DNA of 64,000 nucleotides from an uncultured delta proteobacterium (GTDB lineage Bacteria; Desulfobacterota; RBG-13-43-22): NCBI GenBank assembly GCA_963743305.1, contig CAVUPH010000033.1, positions 1 to 64,000 of the forward strand, read 5' to 3'. Shown piece by piece: positions 62,162 to 64,000 of this stretch (position 1 is its first letter; each line of letters starts with the position of its first letter). The notes under the pieces were generated by a model. It saw only the letters and a program-made list of their open reading frames with translations, ran no database searches and was not told where the DNA came from. The position numbers and the translations under genes were made by a program.

Positions 62162-62240
62162 TCAAAAGGTCTTCCGGCGGCACCATTTCCAGAAAGGCTT
62201 CCAGGCGAATTTCAAACCGGCCGATGTCCAGTTCCGGCAG
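62162..62240 (-). pseudogene. C-terminal relic of a BzdN/2-hydroxyacyl-CoA dehydratase-type subunit
   Basis: Minus strand reads ELDIGRFEIRLEAFLEMVPPEDLL immediately upstream of the activase. Confidence 0.6.
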
Positions 62241-62411
62241 ACTACCAGGCCTCTTATTGTTTTGTCCAGTGGTTGTGGAGGGTTATGGTAGGCGGGGACA
62301 ACGGTCTGCGATCCGAGGCAATGGACCGCTTCGGACCGATTTATGGAGGGCTGACGGACCAGGCGCATAACCCCGTTTTTGATTTTGTTCCGGAACGGTA
62401 TGAAGCCTGGC

Positions 62412-63026
62412 CTATTCCTCTGATTCGGGTTCGGAGGAGGCCGGGGGAGATAGGAACGCTTGGGTCAGAACATAAGCGGCTTGAACGGCCTCTGTAGGAC
62501 AAAGCGGAAAGCATTCTTTGCAGTTCCAGCACTCCTGAGCGGCTATTTCCGGAATAAAGCTGATCTCCTTCCATATACCTCGGTCTATAAACCCCACGGC
62601 GTTCTTTTTCTTGACCTCGGCACAGTAGCGTACGCACAGACCGCAATGAATGCAAAAGGAGGCCTCTTTTTCAAACCGGTCTTTGTCGGCCCCGTACTCT
62701 CGAGCCAAATCCTGTAGCTCAAAGGCATCTGGAGCATGAGCCAATAGCAACTGCAGGATCATTTTGCGGATTCTATCCACCTTCGGAGACCGGGTTCTGA
62801 CGACTAAATTTTTTTCCACCGGGTAAACGCAGGAAACAACCAGTCGGGTCCCGCCGCGACTCTCCAATTCCACAAGGCACAGCCGGCAACCTCCAAAAGG
62901 TTCTAATTTTTCGTGGTAACAAAGTGTCGGAATCGAAATTCCCGCACTTCGGGCGGCTTCCAAAAGGGTCATTCCTTCCTGGGCGCTGACCTCTTTTCCG
63001 TCAATTTGCAATAGGATTTCGCTCAT
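62412..63026 (-). CDS. 2Fe-2S/4Fe-4S protein (NuoG N-terminal / BamI-like)
   Basis: IPTLCYH...GGCRLCLVE...SC, CIHCGLCVRYC, CWNCKECFPLCP. Confidence 0.9.
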   Translation of the reverse strand: MSEILLQIDGKEVSAQEGMTLLEAARSAGISIPTLCYHEKLEPFGGCRLCLVELESRGGTRLVVSCVYPVEKNLVVRTRSPKVDRIRKMILQLLLAHAPDAFELQDLAREYGADKDRFEKEASFCIHCGLCVRYCAEVKKKNAVGFIDRGIWKEISFIPEIAAQECWNCKECFPLCPTEAVQAAYVLTQAFLSPPASSEPESEE

Positions 63027-64000
63027 TTTTTCTTACTCTCCCGGACTATCGTTCGCGCTTCTTCGGGAACAGGAGGCGGCACCGGCTCGCCGGAAATCTT
63101 GTTCACCGAGCGAAAGCGAGGGGGGCAGACTTCAAAACAGGTTCCGCATTTGGTGCACTTCTCCTGGTCAATGACATGGATCCGGTTCTTGCCCCCTTCA
63201 ATCGCTCCGGCCGGGCACTTCTTCAGACAGATCATACAGGCCTGGCACTTCGCCGGGTCTATATGGTAGGCAATCAGCTCCTTGCAGGACAAGGCCGGGC
63301 ATCTTTTCTCCTTGATGTGGGCCTCATACTCATCCCGGAAGTAGCGTAACGTGCTTAGAAACGGGTTCGGAGCGCTCTTGCCCAAAGCACAGAGGGCGGC
63401 TTCATTCGCCGTCTCGGACAGCTCTTCCAGAAGCTCGATGTCACCCTCTTGGCCTTTCCCCTGGGTGATATTCGTGAGAATCTTCAGCATCTGCCGCAAG
63501 CCTTCACGGCAGGGCACACATTTGCCGCAGGATTCATCGGTGAGGAAGTTCATGAAGTACCTGGAAACATCCACCATGCAGGTATTTTCATCCATCACAA
63601 TCATCCCACCGGACCCCATCATGGAACCGACCTGGGTGAGCTCATCAAAACCGACCGGCAGATCCAATAATTCTTCCGGGATGCAGCCGCCCGACGGTCC
63701 CCCGGTTTGTACGGCCTTGAAGCGCTTGCCGCCCGGGATGCCGCCGCCTATCTTGAAGATAATATCCCGCAGGGGCGTGCCCATGGGTACTTCCACCAGG
63801 CCGGTATTAGTGATCTTGCCGACCACGGAGAAGATCTTCGTGCCCTTGCTGGTCTCCGTACCATATTGGGTAAACCAGTCCGCCCCTTTATCGATGATCA
63901 AGGGCACATTGGCCCAGGTCTCCACATTGTTCAAAACGCTGGGTTTACCCCAGAGGCCCACGATATTGGAGCGGATATATTTCGGTCGGGGCTCTCCGGC
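63023..64000 (-). CDS. NADH-binding flavoprotein (NuoF / BamH-like), partial at window edge
   Basis: NNVETW, QTGGPSGG, ESCGKCVPCREG, LCALG, two C-terminal 4Fe-4S motifs. Confidence 0.92.
   Translation of the reverse strand, partial: AGEPRPKYIRSNIVGLWGKPSVLNNVETWANVPLIIDKGADWFTQYGTETSKGTKIFSVVGKITNTGLVEVPMGTPLRDIIFKIGGGIPGGKRFKAVQTGGPSGGCIPEELLDLPVGFDELTQVGSMMGSGGMIVMDENTCMVDVSRYFMNFLTDESCGKCVPCREGLRQMLKILTNITQGKGQEGDIELLEELSETANEAALCALGKSAPNPFLSTLRYFRDEYEAHIKEKRCPALSCKELIAYHIDPAKCQACMICLKKCPAGAIEGGKNRIHVIDQEKCTKCGTCFEVCPPRFRSVNKISGEPVPPPVPEEARTIVRESKKK

Overview
64 kb of a GC-rich (roughly 55%, estimated by eye) anaerobic Desulfobacterota/deltaproteobacterium-like chromosome. The core blocks are rho-rpmE-DUF1385-prfA-prmC-murA, carD-PIN/TRAM-rluA, tRNA-Gly-rimP-nusA-ylxR-infB-DUF503-rbfA-truB-rpsO-pnp-M16-dut and gatB-mtnA. 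The right end carries NuoF/NuoG-like (BamH/I-like) genes and benzoyl-CoA reductase activator (bzdP/Q-like) genes. Accessory material lies between these blocks. Main observations: (1) A compact 2.1-kb element with only two tandem, catalytically intact tyrosine recombinases, bounded by 13-bp inverted arms and a duplicated CAGGAAGC core, sits in a palindromic target. (2) A dispersed ~320-bp non-coding element occurs in four copies; its ~145-bp core lies between ~34-bp inverted repeats and is found in both orientations and deleted. (3) A DsbA/FrnE-like selenoprotein (UxxC, with a SECIS-like hairpin) is split by the ORF caller. (4) Degraded integron-cassette (attC) relics and two decapitated toxin genes are present. 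(5) There is a catalytically dead sigma54-activator-like protein and a stand-alone HisKA protein. (6) A bzdN relic shows local loss of the reductase subunit. (7) Several REP/MITE families are nested inside one another. The first ~6 kb contains many single-base frameshifts, probably sequencing error. All family calls come from motif recognition, not from database searches.
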